DNA of 64,000 nucleotides from NCBI GenBank assembly GCA_015680685.1, contig MNCI01002331.1, positions 407,264 to 471,263 of the forward strand. Reading direction: 5' to 3'. Below, in pieces: positions 12,763 to 25,164 of this stretch. Both the position numbers and the translations under genes were made by a program. The notes under the pieces are model-generated. The model was not told where the DNA came from and made no database searches. It worked only from the letters and a program-made list of their open reading frames with translations. This DNA is from Gnetum montanum. Taxonomy: Eukaryota > Plantae > Gnetophyta. The stretch's first letter is position 1. Each line of letters begins with the position of its first letter.

Positions 12763-14514
12763 ATGGCTCTCTCACAAGGCTATGACAACGCAACAACTAG
12801 TAAGGTAGTTCATTGGAGAACCAACGAATTATATGATAATGAAGATGAAGTTTGGAGTACCCAATCTAATGTAGGGGATTCCTATGAACAGAAACAAAGA
12901 CAACATCATCCCAACTCACGAATGCATAACCTACCTAGTGATGATGAACCCCTACTAGCCACTACAAGCCTAACAAAAATACAAGAGGCTGTTCGAATAT
13001 CCCATAGGAACCGCAAGGAAAGCCGTCTACCCAATCTTGACTTAAATAATTTCTCTAAGTTTTCAGGAGGCTATGATTTAGATCCACAACATCATCTACA
13101 AGCCTTCCATGATGCCTATGTGTGGAACAACATTGATAATGGATGGAAAAAACTTAAGCTCTTTCCTCTGACACTCGTTGGTCAAGCAAAAGTATGGTAT
13201 AGGTCCTTAAAACCAAAATCAATCCGATGTTGGCCAACAATGGTAGAGCTCTTCAACGAAAGATACCAAACATATGCAAGAGTGTCAGCATTGAGGAGAA
13301 AAATCCAAGAGTGGAAACAAGCATAGCATGAACCATTGGACATGGACTTAGAAAGATATTATGCATTGTTAAATAACTGCCTAGGCCATGAGTTCTCTGA
13401 GGAAATGCTAATGTACCATATGATAGATGGGCTTCGTAATGAAACAAGGGAGACCCTAGGGATGTATACCTAAGGTCAACTATATGAGCTATGAACCCAT
13501 CAACTCCAAGAGCTTATCAAATGGGTAGCAAAAGAAGAAGGAGAAATGGCTAAATGGGAGAATGTTGAAAAATCTCAATAGGACCAACATATTACATCAA
13601 CAAAGGTCCATAATCTAAAAGAGGAGAAATCAACTCACCTAAAGGAGGTGGAACCATCTTTGCCAACACTACAATCATTGGATGACATTGAAGCAAAGAT
13701 CAATGAGATGATGGAATGGATGCATAAAACATGTAGAGAATATTCCAACATTATTGGAGATAGAGTTATGACAAACCAAGAAGTAGGACAAAATACCCTT
13801 AGAAAATCAGAAAGAAGGGTAGGAAAAAATAAGGGCTCAATTACCAATCATACATATCAATGTAGCATTTCCCTGTACGATCACCCCAAGGGCCAATGTC
13901 CAATCTTTTCACATTTACAGGAGCATTGGGAAAGAATGTTACATCCAGAGTTCGTACAGAGATACTGTGTTTGATCATAGTAGCAACAATCCCAGTTGTG
14001 GGGGAGGCCATCCTCAAACTGGTTACACTCTTCATATCACCCAGAATTAAGTGCTTATCAAGTCCAGCATCCTGTTTCTCCAACTGGGTCAACATCCTCT
14101 ATCTCACCACATTATTATCATTCTCCCCAATACTATCAACCCATATCCTCTCCAACACAACAACCACCTTGGATATCTTACACTTCTCAATTTCAAAATT
14201 CTCATCCTTCAGCTCCTTCTACATCACCACCAAGTGTTCTAGAGGGATTTGCATCACAATACCAACCCACAAATGTTACTTATGCTGCTACTGTCAATAA
14301 CAGTGGGAATCCTCCACAACATCATAGGCATCCCTTCTTTAGACGTGACCGTAAGAAGGGACAACACAATTTTGAGTCCACTACACCTTCCAACCCAACA
14401 CAAGTCCAACACTATGGTGCATCTTCCTCTTCAAACCCAACGCCTCATGTTACTTTCTCTGGGCCACCAACCAACACTCCAACAACCATATGGCCCAATG
14501 AATATAGCCATTGA
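12763..14514 (+). pseudogene. gag: gag of element A with a P/Q/S-rich C-terminal tail; in-frame stops
   Basis: ORF 12763-13326 (KFSGGYDLDPQHHLQAF...LKLFPLTLVGQAKVWYRSL..SIRCW) continues through 13648-13974 (degenerate zinc knuckle CSISLYDHPKGQCP) and 13996-14514. Confidence 0.88.
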
Positions 14515-15139
14515 GGAAGATAGATCAATCCTTGCATACCATCTTACGGTCAAGGGTGCCATAGTGGGTCAGCCACTCATCAATAAACTACACCCTATAA
14601 CTTGGCCCCACTATGCCAACTATAATCAAGTGTGTGAACCCCAATGGGTTAAGTATGACCGAGTCCCAAAATTTTCGACATGCAAGGATCCCAACTTTTC
14701 ATTTATTAATCCTTACAATACTCAACTATTTAGTTATGGGGATACCTCCCATTCTAATAACATTTGGGATTAATAAAGACTTTTCATTTTCTTTAATTTT
14801 GAAACTTTTTTTTTTCAGTTTTTTACTTTTCAACTTATTATTTGATCTTTTTTCCTTTTTATAAGTAATCTCATCTATGAATAAAACACTCATGTGACCC
14901 ATTGGTTGACGTGTTGTTTGATGCTATCAAGTCTCAGGTGACTAATTATTTGGATAGCAAGCCCACAACATCCACCCACCCATTCTATTAATAAGAGGTT
15001 CTACCCTAGGTACAATGATATTCCCAATCATTAAAACTTAAAGTAACCTTGTGTTATTGTGCCCAGAGTGAAGAATGATGGACCAAGCGAGAATGATAAG
15101 GGTGTGACATCAAGGGGACTTGTAGATTCTATTTGGTGA

Positions 15140-15984
15140 TGATGAGTAGCAAGGTACCCTTACACTCAACCATACGAATACGAGCATTTTCATGTGCGAT
15201 CCGGTCGAACTCTATAGACGGACTAGTTGTGGCACCTAGATCGTTAACCTTAGGTCACAGTTCGCTGTCTTCCCACCTAGAATAGTATTATATTTGTCAC
15301 GTATGGTTTAGTCCAGAGTGAGGTGTATGATGGGTTTCTAATCTAATGCTACTCCTGAAGGTAATGAAAAGTAATATTAACTAATCTAGGAGAGAAAGGG
15401 TAAGAGAATATAATCTAGCCTAAGTGTGATGAGAATCCATTTCTTGATTATCCGTACACATCTTGGACTTCATGCACGACTACCACTAGGATTACCAAGC
15501 ATAGATCCTAGGTACGCTGCTTGGTTACCAAGTAGTCACACTTAAATGCTCGTAATCAAGTCGTACTCATTCCGCGTTACTAGGAGATAAGGGTGAGAGA
15601 GACTAATTAGGAAAGTAGTAAATAATAATTAAATAATTAAATAAATAACAAAGTGAATGCTGCAATGATGAAGTAATCTCAATATTTATTTCCAGTCATG
15701 TGCATATCCAAGTACGTCACACTTGAATAAAGGATGTCGTACAATTACATTCACCACAGTGCAGGCAGACACGGGCAAATAATCTATCTCTAGAAGGGGA
15801 AAACTACTAGAGCTTCACTAAGGAACTAAACTAGATGTTAAATGAGGGAGAGCCACCTCTTATTTATAGACATTGTGATGGGAAGGATGCGATATCGCAT
15901 ATGCAATATCGCGATCCATGAGATATCGTGGGTGCGTTATCATGGGTGTGTTATCGCAGCTGTTAGCAATTTCATGACTCATCA
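15140..15984 (-). repeat. 3' LTR of element B
   Basis: Direct repeat of 20782-21625, preceded on the minus strand by the PPT-like caatcgtgggggta (15985-15998). Confidence 0.93.
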
Positions 15985-16043
15985 TACCCCCACGATTGAA
16001 TGAAAAATCATCCTCAAGTTAAAGTGAGAATAAGTTACATTGT

Positions 16044-16763
16044 TTACATAGTGGATAGGTATGGGATTATTAGATGGAAAAATGGGATGATGTCATAGTG
16101 TGGGAAGAAAATAAAATATAGGCACAACACACAGAAAATCCTATGATTACAAAAATTGGATGGAACTGATGTAGTTCGTAGTGGCAATGGCTCCTCCATA
16201 GGTGTCTTTTCCTTTTCTTGTGCTCCAAGTCTTGGGATTTGATGGTGTTGAAGTATGGCCTGGAGTTTCTCCTCTTGTAAGTCCTTGAGTGCCTTGGCAT
16301 GCGTGTAAGTTTGCACTTGTGCCATAGAGGTAGCCCAGTCAGCCTTCTCTTTTTCTTTCGCCACTCTTTTATTCTCTGTCAACAATTTATTAAGTTTCTC
16401 AATTCTGAAAGTGTCCAGCTGATTCTGGGCAACCTTTGGCCCTTTATTCGGAAGGTTTAATACTTTCAAAATGGCTTGAAAAGAGAAATCAATAGTCACA
16501 CCACAAATGTTAACCATGGTACCTTCTTCTTTATTGTGCCAAAATTGGTATGTTTCCCCTAAGTGCTAGTCACTGCTTTCAAAGAGGGTATCTCCTGCTT
16601 CTGCCTGCCCAAAACGTATGGTAGGAGGATCTTCTTGATGAATGCTGAATGATTTTTCCTCCTGTTCTGCATGTTGTCTGGTAGGATCTTGTCTTCCACC
16701 TCTCCGAGATCATTCGATCACACCTTGAGTAGGACCTTCCTATTGTCTACATTTCGAGGCCAT
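16044..16763 (-). pseudogene. Remnant env-like / plant transposon protein ORF of element B
   Basis: Starts MASKCRQ*EGPTQG. Contains VNICGVTIDFSFQAILKVLNLP, resembling the V-x-G-x-x-I-x-F-S...L-x-L-P motif of Athila env-like ORFs. Confidence 0.6.
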
Positions 16764-17026
16764 TTGCAATCACACGAGACCAATTGTTAGTAAGGTTGTT
16801 ACCAAAGTTAGGTTATACCTTATTGCTTACCTTAATAGATTTACTTTAATTTCGTGTGATGTTAATTATTGGAAGAACATGTCCCCGAAAGATTATAGTG
16901 TTGAGTCCTCTTTACTTAGGTGGTTTTCAAATTTAATTTTTTGGTATAGCTAAGGGGATGAAATTTTTTTTGACACATTTTATTCTTAATTTTAGAACTA
17001 ATTACCCTTAAAGATGTCCTTTGGGT

Positions 17027-17094
17027 GATGATGAATTTCAAAACATTTATGCACTATTCGGATGATGAATTTCAAAAAATTTATGCACTATTCG
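17027..17094. repeat. 34-bp tandem duplication
   Basis: gatgatgaatttcaaaa(c/a)atttatgcactattcg x2. Confidence 0.9.
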
Positions 17095-18899
17095 ACGTGT
17101 GCCCCTCCCCCACAACTATGTTGAACACTCTGGGTTCAAATAGGTTCAAACGGAATGAAAATCGGAGTACCAAAGAGTGAGTCATGGATATGAAAGCACG
17201 GGATGCACAATCATGAGTTGTAGAGAGGAATTGAAAAACTTTCCCTGCGTGAACAATTGCAAATGATGTTGATTAGCACAAGGGGGGTCATGTATATATA
17301 TTTTGATTAAAGTTAGGGCACTTAGAGAATGTACCAAATTTTTAATATTTCTTTGAAATTAAATGATGTAAACTAAGGACATCTGGACAACTGTTAAAGG
17401 GTTCCAGGGTAATTCAACTAGTTCTGAAGGCATGAAAATTATGATGGTATGGAATTTATCAATAAGGACCTCGAATGGTAGAGAAAAAGGCTATGTGATG
17501 ATAATAAGGGAAAGAAAATTGTTGGCAATATGCTAAGGGTAAGAAATGATGTGTGTGAGTTGTGTCATAAGTGAAGATTAAAAAAAATTACATAAGTGGG
17601 TCCTCCCCAAAGTAGGTTTCAACCTATAATGCCCTTGTGTAATCATACTTAAAGTGTCCATGGGCACTAGAAGGGTTAAATGTAATCTGCACTAACTCCA
17701 AAAAACACACACATGTAATTATCACCAGAATGAGATGAAAATTCTATGCTACACGGGACACAAGCCACAATTACACGAACACTGAGATGAGATGAACTAT
17801 AGAAAGGGATTGTAGAGATTGGGACATGAGGTAACTGACCCAGGGCACAGTGAATCCTGCATGTAAAGCATGATTAATATATCATTAACTCGTCGTTCCA
17901 AGATTAGGACCAAGTCCATTCCTCTAATCAGTGACATCGCATTGTGTCATCCCATGATGAATAACTACGAGAGTACCATAGAAACAAGGTGTACGATCAC
18001 TTGACGTTTTATACAAGGGAGGAGTGATTTTTTTTTTATGGCACTTCTCTTTTTTTTTCCTTTTTTTTGAGTCCAGAGAGGCCACCAACCTTCAGGCATG
18101 GATGCATGTCTTTCCAGTGGGACCCCCTAGAACAACCTTTGATTTTTGAGTGCCCTTTCGATTACTCTTACTCCCATTTTTCATTAGATCTACAAGGATC
18201 TTAGTACAACTAGGTTGCATGATAACTCCCATAGATGTCACCAAAGAGAATCCGCAAGTCCCCTTGATGTCACACCCTAATCATTCCCTCTTGGTCCATC
18301 CTTCTTCATTTTGGGTACAATGAACACAAAATTAGTTTTAAGTTCTAGCAATATCAAGAATATCACTATACCCTTGAAGAGAACCTCTTATTTGTAGAGT
18401 GGATGAGTGGGTGTAATGGGCTCACTATTCCAAATAATTGATCACTCATGACTTAATAACATAGAACACACCTCAACCAACGATCCACATGAGTGTTTTA
18501 TTCATAGATGAGATTACTTATAAAAAACATAAAAAGACCAAAAGACAAAAAGATAAAAAAGATAAAAAGATAAAACAAGAAATTGAAAAATGAAAAACTA
18601 GAAAAAAATTGAAAAATTAAAGAAAAATAAAAAAATATTTATTAATCCTACTTGTTATTAAAATGGGGGATGTCCCTCATAACTAATCAATTGAGGATAG
18701 CAAGGATTAATAAATGGAAAATGAGGATCCTTGCATGTTGGAAATATTGGGGCCCAGTCATATTTACCCCATCGAGGTTCACACACTTGATTATAATGAG
18801 CATAGTGGGGCACTTTATATGATGTAGTTCCCAAATAACGAGTTGATCCACTATGATATTTAGGACCGTTAGATGGTATGCAAGGATTGGGCTGTTTCC

Positions 18900-20637
18900 T
18901 TCCATGATTGTGTTCATTGGGCCATATGGTTGTTGGAGTGTTAGATGGTAGCCCTGATGAAGTAACATGAGGTGTTGGGTTCGAAGATGAGGGTGCACCA
19001 TAGTGTTGGGCTTGTGCTGAGTTGGAGGATGCAGTGGCCTCAAAATTATGTTGTCCCTTGTTACGACCATGTTTAAAGAAGGGATGCTTTGGATGTTGAA
19101 GAGGTTTCTAACTGTTGTTGGTAGTAGTTGCACAAGTATTGTTCATGGGTTTTTGCTATGGCACAGAAACCTTAGGAACAATTGGTGGCGATGTGGAAGG
19201 AGGGAAAGGATGAGAATGTTGAAAATTAGGAGGATTATGAGATGCACAAGGTGGTGGTTGTGTTGGAGGCATGGGTTGATAGTATTATGGAGAATAGCAA
19301 TATGGTGGGATAGAGTATGTTGGCCTAGTTGGAGAAACAGGATGTTGAACAAGATAAGCGTTTGGATTCGGATAACATGAAGGGTGTCTTCAGTCTAAGG
19401 GTGGTCTCCCCCATGACTAGGATTGTTGCCACTGTGATCAAACACAGTATATCTATATGGACTCTGGATGTAACGTGTTTCCCCAATGCTCATGTAAATG
19501 TAACAATATTGGGCATTGGCCTTTGGGGTGATCGTACAGGAATATGTTGCATTCATATGTAGGATTGGCAGTTAAGCACTTATTCCCTTCATTATTTTTT
19601 TCCAAATGTCTAATGTTTCATCCTGCTTCTTGGGTTTTCAACACTCTATCTCTAATAGTGTTGATAAATTCTCCATACTTTTGATACATCCATTCCAACA
19701 TCTTATTGATCTTTGCCTCAGCTTCTTCTAAAGATTTTTGTATTGGAAAAGATGATGTTTCCACCTTGAGATTTGTTGATCTCTCCTATTTATGATCATG
19801 GACCTCTGTTAAGTTGAGATTTTGGTCCCATTTGTGTTTTTCAACACTCTCCCATCTAGCCAATTCTCCTTCTTCTTTTGCTACCCTCTTAATAAGCTCT
19901 TGGACTTTATGGATTCACAGTTCATATAGTTGACCTTAGGCATACATTCCTAAGGTCTCTCTTGCTGCATCACTAAGCCCATCAATAATATGGTACATTA
20001 GCTTTTCCTCGAAAAACCCATGGCCTAGACAGTTGTTTAATAGTGCATAATATCTTTCTAAGGCCATGTCCAAGGGTTCATGTTTTGCTTGTTTCCATTC
20101 TTGGATTTGTTTACTGAGGGCTGACACTCTTGCATAGGTTTGATATTTTTCATTAAAGACTTCTACCATTGTTGACCAACATGGTATTGAATTTGGTTTT
20201 AACGATCTATACCATACTTTTTCTTGGACAACAAGTGTCATAGGGAAGAGCTTAAGTTTTTGCCACCCATTATCAATGTTGTTCCATGCACAGGAATCAT
20301 AGAAGGCTTGTAAATGTTGATGTGGATCTAAGTCATAGCCTCCTGAAAATTTAGGAAAGTTGTTTAAATCGAGCCTGGGTAGAAGGCTCTCTTTACGATG
20401 CCTACGTGAGATTCGAACGACCTCTTGTATTTGTGTAGTTTGTAGTGGCCAGTAGGGGTTCATTGTCATTTGGTAAGTTATGCTTTCGTGTGTTGGGATG
20501 ACATTATTTTCATTCATGTTTATAAAAAACCCCCACTTCAGGTTGTATACTCCAATCTTCATTGTCATATAGTTCATTGGTTCTCCAATGAACTTCCTCA
20601 CTAAGTGTGGATTATTATTATGTTGTAGGAGAGGCAT
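18900..20637 (-). pseudogene. gag: gag of element B
   Basis: ORF 19936-20637 (FPKFSGGYDLDPHQHLQAF...KLKLFPMTL...WYRSLKPNSIPCW) is a close homolog of element A gag. Confidence 0.9.
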
Positions 20638-20762
20638 TGTTGTGAAGTTTTGTGTGAATTTATGTGTGACTTTTTATAATTATTTCTTCTTCCTAAAAGA
20701 TATATCGTTAAGTCCTATACAGTAACCTTGTATGATATAACTAATTTAGATAACTAGCACTA

Positions 20763-20780
20763 TCCCCAACAACGACACCA
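20763..20780 (-). promoter_or_regulatory. PBS of element B
   Basis: Minus strand tggtgtcgttgttgggga adjacent to the LTR. Confidence 0.8.
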
Positions 20781-20781
20781 A

Positions 20782-21625
20782 TGATGAGTGGTGAGGTACC
20801 CCTACACTCAACCATATGAATACGAGCATTTTCACGTGCAATCCAGTCGAACTTCGTAGATGGACTAGTTGTGGTACCTAGATTGTTAACCTTAGGTTGC
20901 AGTTCGCTGTCTTCCCACCTAGACTAGTATTATATTTTTCATGTATGGTTTAGTTTAGAGTGAGGTGTATTATGGGTTTCTAATCTAATGCTACTCCTGA
21001 AGGTAATGAAAAGTAATATTAACTAATCTAGGAGAGAAAGGGTAAGAGAATCTAATCTAGCCTAAGTGCGATGAGCATCCATTCCTTGATTATCCATACA
21101 CATCTTGGACTTCGTGCATGACTACCACTGGGATTACCAAGCATAGATCCTAGGTACGCTATTGGGTTACCAAGTAGTCACACTTAAATGCTCATAATCA
21201 AGTCGTACTCATTTCACGTTACTAGGAGATAAGGGTGAGAGAAACTAATTAGGAAAGTAGTAAATAACAATTAAATAATTAAATAAATAGCAAAGTGAAT
21301 GCTACAATAATGAAGTAATCTTGATCTTTATTTCTGGTCATGTGTGTGTCCAAGTACATCACACTCGAATAAAGGATGTCGTACAATTGCATTCACCACA
21401 CTATGGGCAGACATGGGAAAATAATCTATCTCTGGAAGGGGAAAACTACGGAGCTTCGCTAAGGAACTAAACTAGATGTCAAATAAGGGAGAGCCACCTC
21501 TTATTTATAGACATTGCGACGGGTAGTATGCGATATCGCATATGCAATATCGTGACCCATGAGATATCATAGGTGTGTTATCGTGGGTGCGTTATCGCAG
21601 TTGTCAGCAATTTCATGACTCATCA
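20782..21625 (-). repeat. 5' LTR of element B
   Basis: Direct repeat of 15140-15984; differences are mostly C/T and G/A transitions. Confidence 0.93.
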
Positions 21626-22593
21626 TGTGACATTTGTGGGAGTTACCATGTAGCTTGGTTGTACTAAGATCCCTATAGATCTAACGAGAAGTTGGAGTAA
21701 GAGTAATCAAAAGGAACTCAACTAGAAAAATAATAATAATGCTATTCTAGGGGGTCCCACTAGAAAGACATGCACCCATGCCTGAAGGTAGGTGGCTTCT
21801 CTAGATTTAGCAATACTTTAAAAAAATGAGTGCCACAAGCAAAATCACTCCTCCCTTGAACAAAATGCCAAGTGATCGTACACCTTGTTGTTATGGTGCT
21901 CTTATGGTTGTCCATCATTGGATGAAGCAATGCAATGTCACTGATTAGAGGAATGGACTTGGTCCTGATTTTGGAGTGACGAGTTAATGACACATTAGTC
22001 ATGCCTTACACTAAGGATTCATTCTGCCCTGGGCCAGTTATCTCATGTCCCAATCTCTGTAGTCCCTTCTGAAATTTGCCTCACCTCACTATTCATGCAA
22101 TTGGGCTTCATGACTTGTGTAGCATTGAATTTATACCTCATCACGGTGGTATCTACATGTGTGTGTTTTGTTACACTAGTGTAGATTACATTCAACCCTT
22201 CTAGTACCTATGGACATTTTAAGGTGTGGTTACGCAAGGGCATTATAGGTAGGAACCTACTTTGGGGAGGATCCACTTGCGTGATTTTTTGTAATTTGTA
22301 CTTGTTGCACACCACCACATCATCTTATACCCTCTGAGTACTTCATTGCTAAATCTATTCTTTCCTTTGTCATCATTTTATCAAACGTTTCTCAAAACTA
22401 GGTCCTTTTATGTGTCACCTAAATGAACCAGGTTTGACATTAAACTTTTAGGGAAACTTCCTTGAAAAAATTTCTAACTCTAAAATCACACTAAGCAAAG
22501 AATTCAACATTTATTAAAGGCAATGAGTAAGGTATGAAATCATTGAACTTTTTTCAATAACCTTACTAACAATTGATCTTTGTGTGATTATAA

Positions 22594-22940
22594 ATGGCCC
22601 CTAAAAGAAGACAACAAGGAGGACCTTCTCAAGGTGCAACCGAACAACTAGGGAGAGGTCAAGGCCCGAGCTTATGAAGAGGAATGATGGCCATTTGCAA
22701 CAAGGGATGGCAAGGCCAATCAAGTGTTCCTGTAGCTGCTGTGTCCATTGAAAGTGCTGACCCCATCAAACATTGGAACATCAGCATGGACGACTCATAA
22801 TCTGTGGATAGAAGAGGAGAAATGTCAGGCACTTCTTCAATAGTATCACTCTCAAAAGCCTGGAGAACAAAACAAAGGAAAGGCACCCATGGAGGAGCCA
22901 CTGCCATGAGGAACCACATGAGTTCCAATAAACTTTGTAA
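22594..22940 (+). pseudogene. Truncated env-like ORF remnant of element A
   Basis: MAPKRRQQGGPSQGATEQ... is homologous to the start of the element B ORF at 16763. atggaggagccactgcca near 22889 matches B's MEEPLP. The central part is missing or replaced. Confidence 0.55.
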
Positions 22941-23103
22941 TTTTTATGTCTGTGTCCCAATTTTGTTGTGTTCAACCCTCCATTGCAGCATGAATAAATT
23001 TCTAGTTAGTTAATTATCCCATATCTATCCATTGTATAATCAATTGAACTTGTTCCTCACTTTCTTTAACTTGAGGATGAGTTGTTATTTAGTCGTGGGG
23101 TTA

Positions 23104-23966
23104 TGGTGAGTCATGGTTTGTCAGGTCCTGTTATCAGACTGTTGTTATATGATGAGTCCCATTATCGGACCCTCGCTATCGGGCACCTGTTATCTGATGA
23201 GTCCCAATATCAGACCCTCAATATCATATACCCGATATCTCGACCTGATGTGATATCACATACGCGATATTGCAGCCTGTCTCCTTGCCTATAAATAAGA
23301 GGTGGTACCCTTGGTTTCTACATTAGTTCTTAGTTCCTTACCCAAACTCTTGCAATTTTTCCTTATTAGAGTTAGAATTATTTCTCAGTGCATGCCCACA
23401 GTGTGATGATTGTAATTGTATGGCATCATTTATTCGAGTGTGACATACTTGGACACGCACATAACCGAAAATAAAGATCGAGATTACTTCATCATTGCAA
23501 CATTCACTTAGTTTAATTATCTCATTGTTATTGTTATTTATTACTTTCGTAGTTAATATCTCTTTACCCTAAACTCCTTAATTGTGGAATGAGTACAACT
23601 TAATCACGAGCATTTAAGTGTGACTACTTGGTATCCCAGAAGAGTACTTAGGTCATGCGCTTGGTAATCCCAATAGTAGTCATGCATGAGGTCCAAGATG
23701 TGTATGGATGATTAAGGAACAGATGCTCATCGCACTTAGGCTAGTTTAGATTCTCTCTCCCTATCTCCTATTAGTTAAAATTCTCTCTCTCTTTTCCTCC
23801 TAGCTTAATTAAAGATTACTTTCCATTGTCTCTAGGAGCAACATTAGTTTAGGAACACATCATACACCTCACTTTGGACTAAACCATACATGACAAAGAA
23901 AATACTAGTCCAGGTGGGAAGATAGCGAATTACGATCAATGAGTAACTATCTAGATACCACAACTA
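23104..23966 (+). repeat. 3' LTR of element A, missing the last ~80 bp
   Basis: Preceded by the PPT-like agtcgtggggtta. Homology with the 5' LTR stops at gataccacaacta. Contains a ~30-bp internal duplication near 23750-23790. Confidence 0.9.
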
Positions 23967-24039
23967 TTGCAACTAATAAAAAAACTAAAATTAAAATTGA
24001 TCAATGAGTTTGCATATGACACAAAGAATGGATTGGATT

Positions 24040-25164
24040 TAAGATTATAAAATGCACATGTCTTTGAGAAAATTGGATGGAAAAAGATCTAAGATTGATT
24101 TAACTTTGTCGGGACCCACTACAATTCCATTGGCTTAAACTAACAATTGTAGCATTTTGTCTATTCTAAATTGAAAATGCACTTTTTGGGATTTAAGTAG
24201 AGGTTATATTAGTTGTATTATACTAAGACTATGTCAAGATCAATGGGATGGCTAGTTGCTATGATAGATTTAATGGTTAGATCATCCACATAATCATTGA
24301 AAGCTTTGAACATCATACCACTACATATAAATGTCATGGCTTGTTGATATGTTGCTTTGACATTATTAAGCTCAAAAGGTGATTTTATTTAGCAAAATGT
24401 TTTCCATGAGGTCATGAAGATTGTAAAACATTAATGCCTTGGATTATTTTTTATTTGGGTGTAACTTGAAAAAATCATCCATGAAGAAAAGTTAGGCATG
24501 ACCTATTATTATATATATAAGTTGATCAATGTTGGACAACAAAAAGTCATCTTTTAATGTTATCTTGTTGAGATCACAAAAATCAATGCATATCCTAATG
24601 GCTCCATTTTTCTTGAGAATAAATATCATATTAGATGCATAATCTAAGTAGTCTATAGGATGTATGGAGCCTATGTTGTAGATTTTAGTGATCTCTTCCT
24701 TAATGGCCAAGGCTAAATTAGGTTTTACTTTTCTAGCTTTTTATTTGATAGGCTTGGAACCCTCCTCAAGGATGATGTCATGTTGTACCAAGGATGAGTC
24801 CAGGCTTGGCATGTTGCCATACCCTTATGCAAAGGCAATAGAATTTTTTGTGTGTGGCTATGATAGAATCCTTAAGAGTTTTGGGCAAGTTTACACCTAA
24901 TTGTAAGATCTTTTTCTCATCTTTTTGACTGGCGATGGCTAGTTTAACAAGGGGACCATTCATTAAGGTTGGCTCAAAGTCCAAGAAGGTGAGGTTAACT
25001 TAAGAATTTAAGTTTTCTTTGATGATATCAAGGGTCAAGACTAGCTATTTTAGCAAATTAATTAAAGATAAGTCAATTAAATAATGATTTAGTGGCCTAG
25101 TGATTTGGCTATGGGGCCAACATAGAGTAAGTGATTCATGTAACAAGTTAATGATGATAAGGCC
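24040..25164 (-). pseudogene. pol: Tat-type reverse transcriptase N-terminal half, strongly decayed
   Basis: ORFs 24778-24984 and 24492-24710 (IKEEITKIYNIGSIHPIDY...KKNGAIRICIDFCDLNKITLKDDF) and FNDYVDDL near 24280-24300. Collinear with 50184-51320. Confidence 0.88.

Larger units (their letters stand above)
15140..21625 (-). mobile_element. Element B: complete gag-only Athila-family element nested antisense in element A
   Basis: LTRs 15140-15984 and 20782-21625. TSD ggtga (15135-15139) / tgtga (21626-21630), one mismatch. The host sequence rejoins across the insertion and matches B's own internal region near 18220-18265. Confidence 0.93.
11703..23966 (+). mobile_element. Element A: non-autonomous gag-only (TR-GAG-like) Athila-family LTR retrotransposon, interrupted by element B; 3' LTR truncated
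   Basis: Two LTRs, PBS, gag, no pol, a remnant env-like ORF and a PPT. Confidence 0.9.

Noticed and set aside
13841-14864. Alternative-frame ORFs over the gag tail of element A (and 18687-19562 in B)
   Set aside because: Shadow frames of the P/Q/S-rich gag C-terminus; they are shared between A and B only because the DNA is homologous.
23150-23225. CTGATGAGTCC in the LTR of a non-autonomous element, suggesting a hammerhead ribozyme (retrozyme)
   Set aside because: No GAAA core follows the putative stem II, and the 5' LTR copy reads ctaatgag. It is better explained as a U3 repeat.
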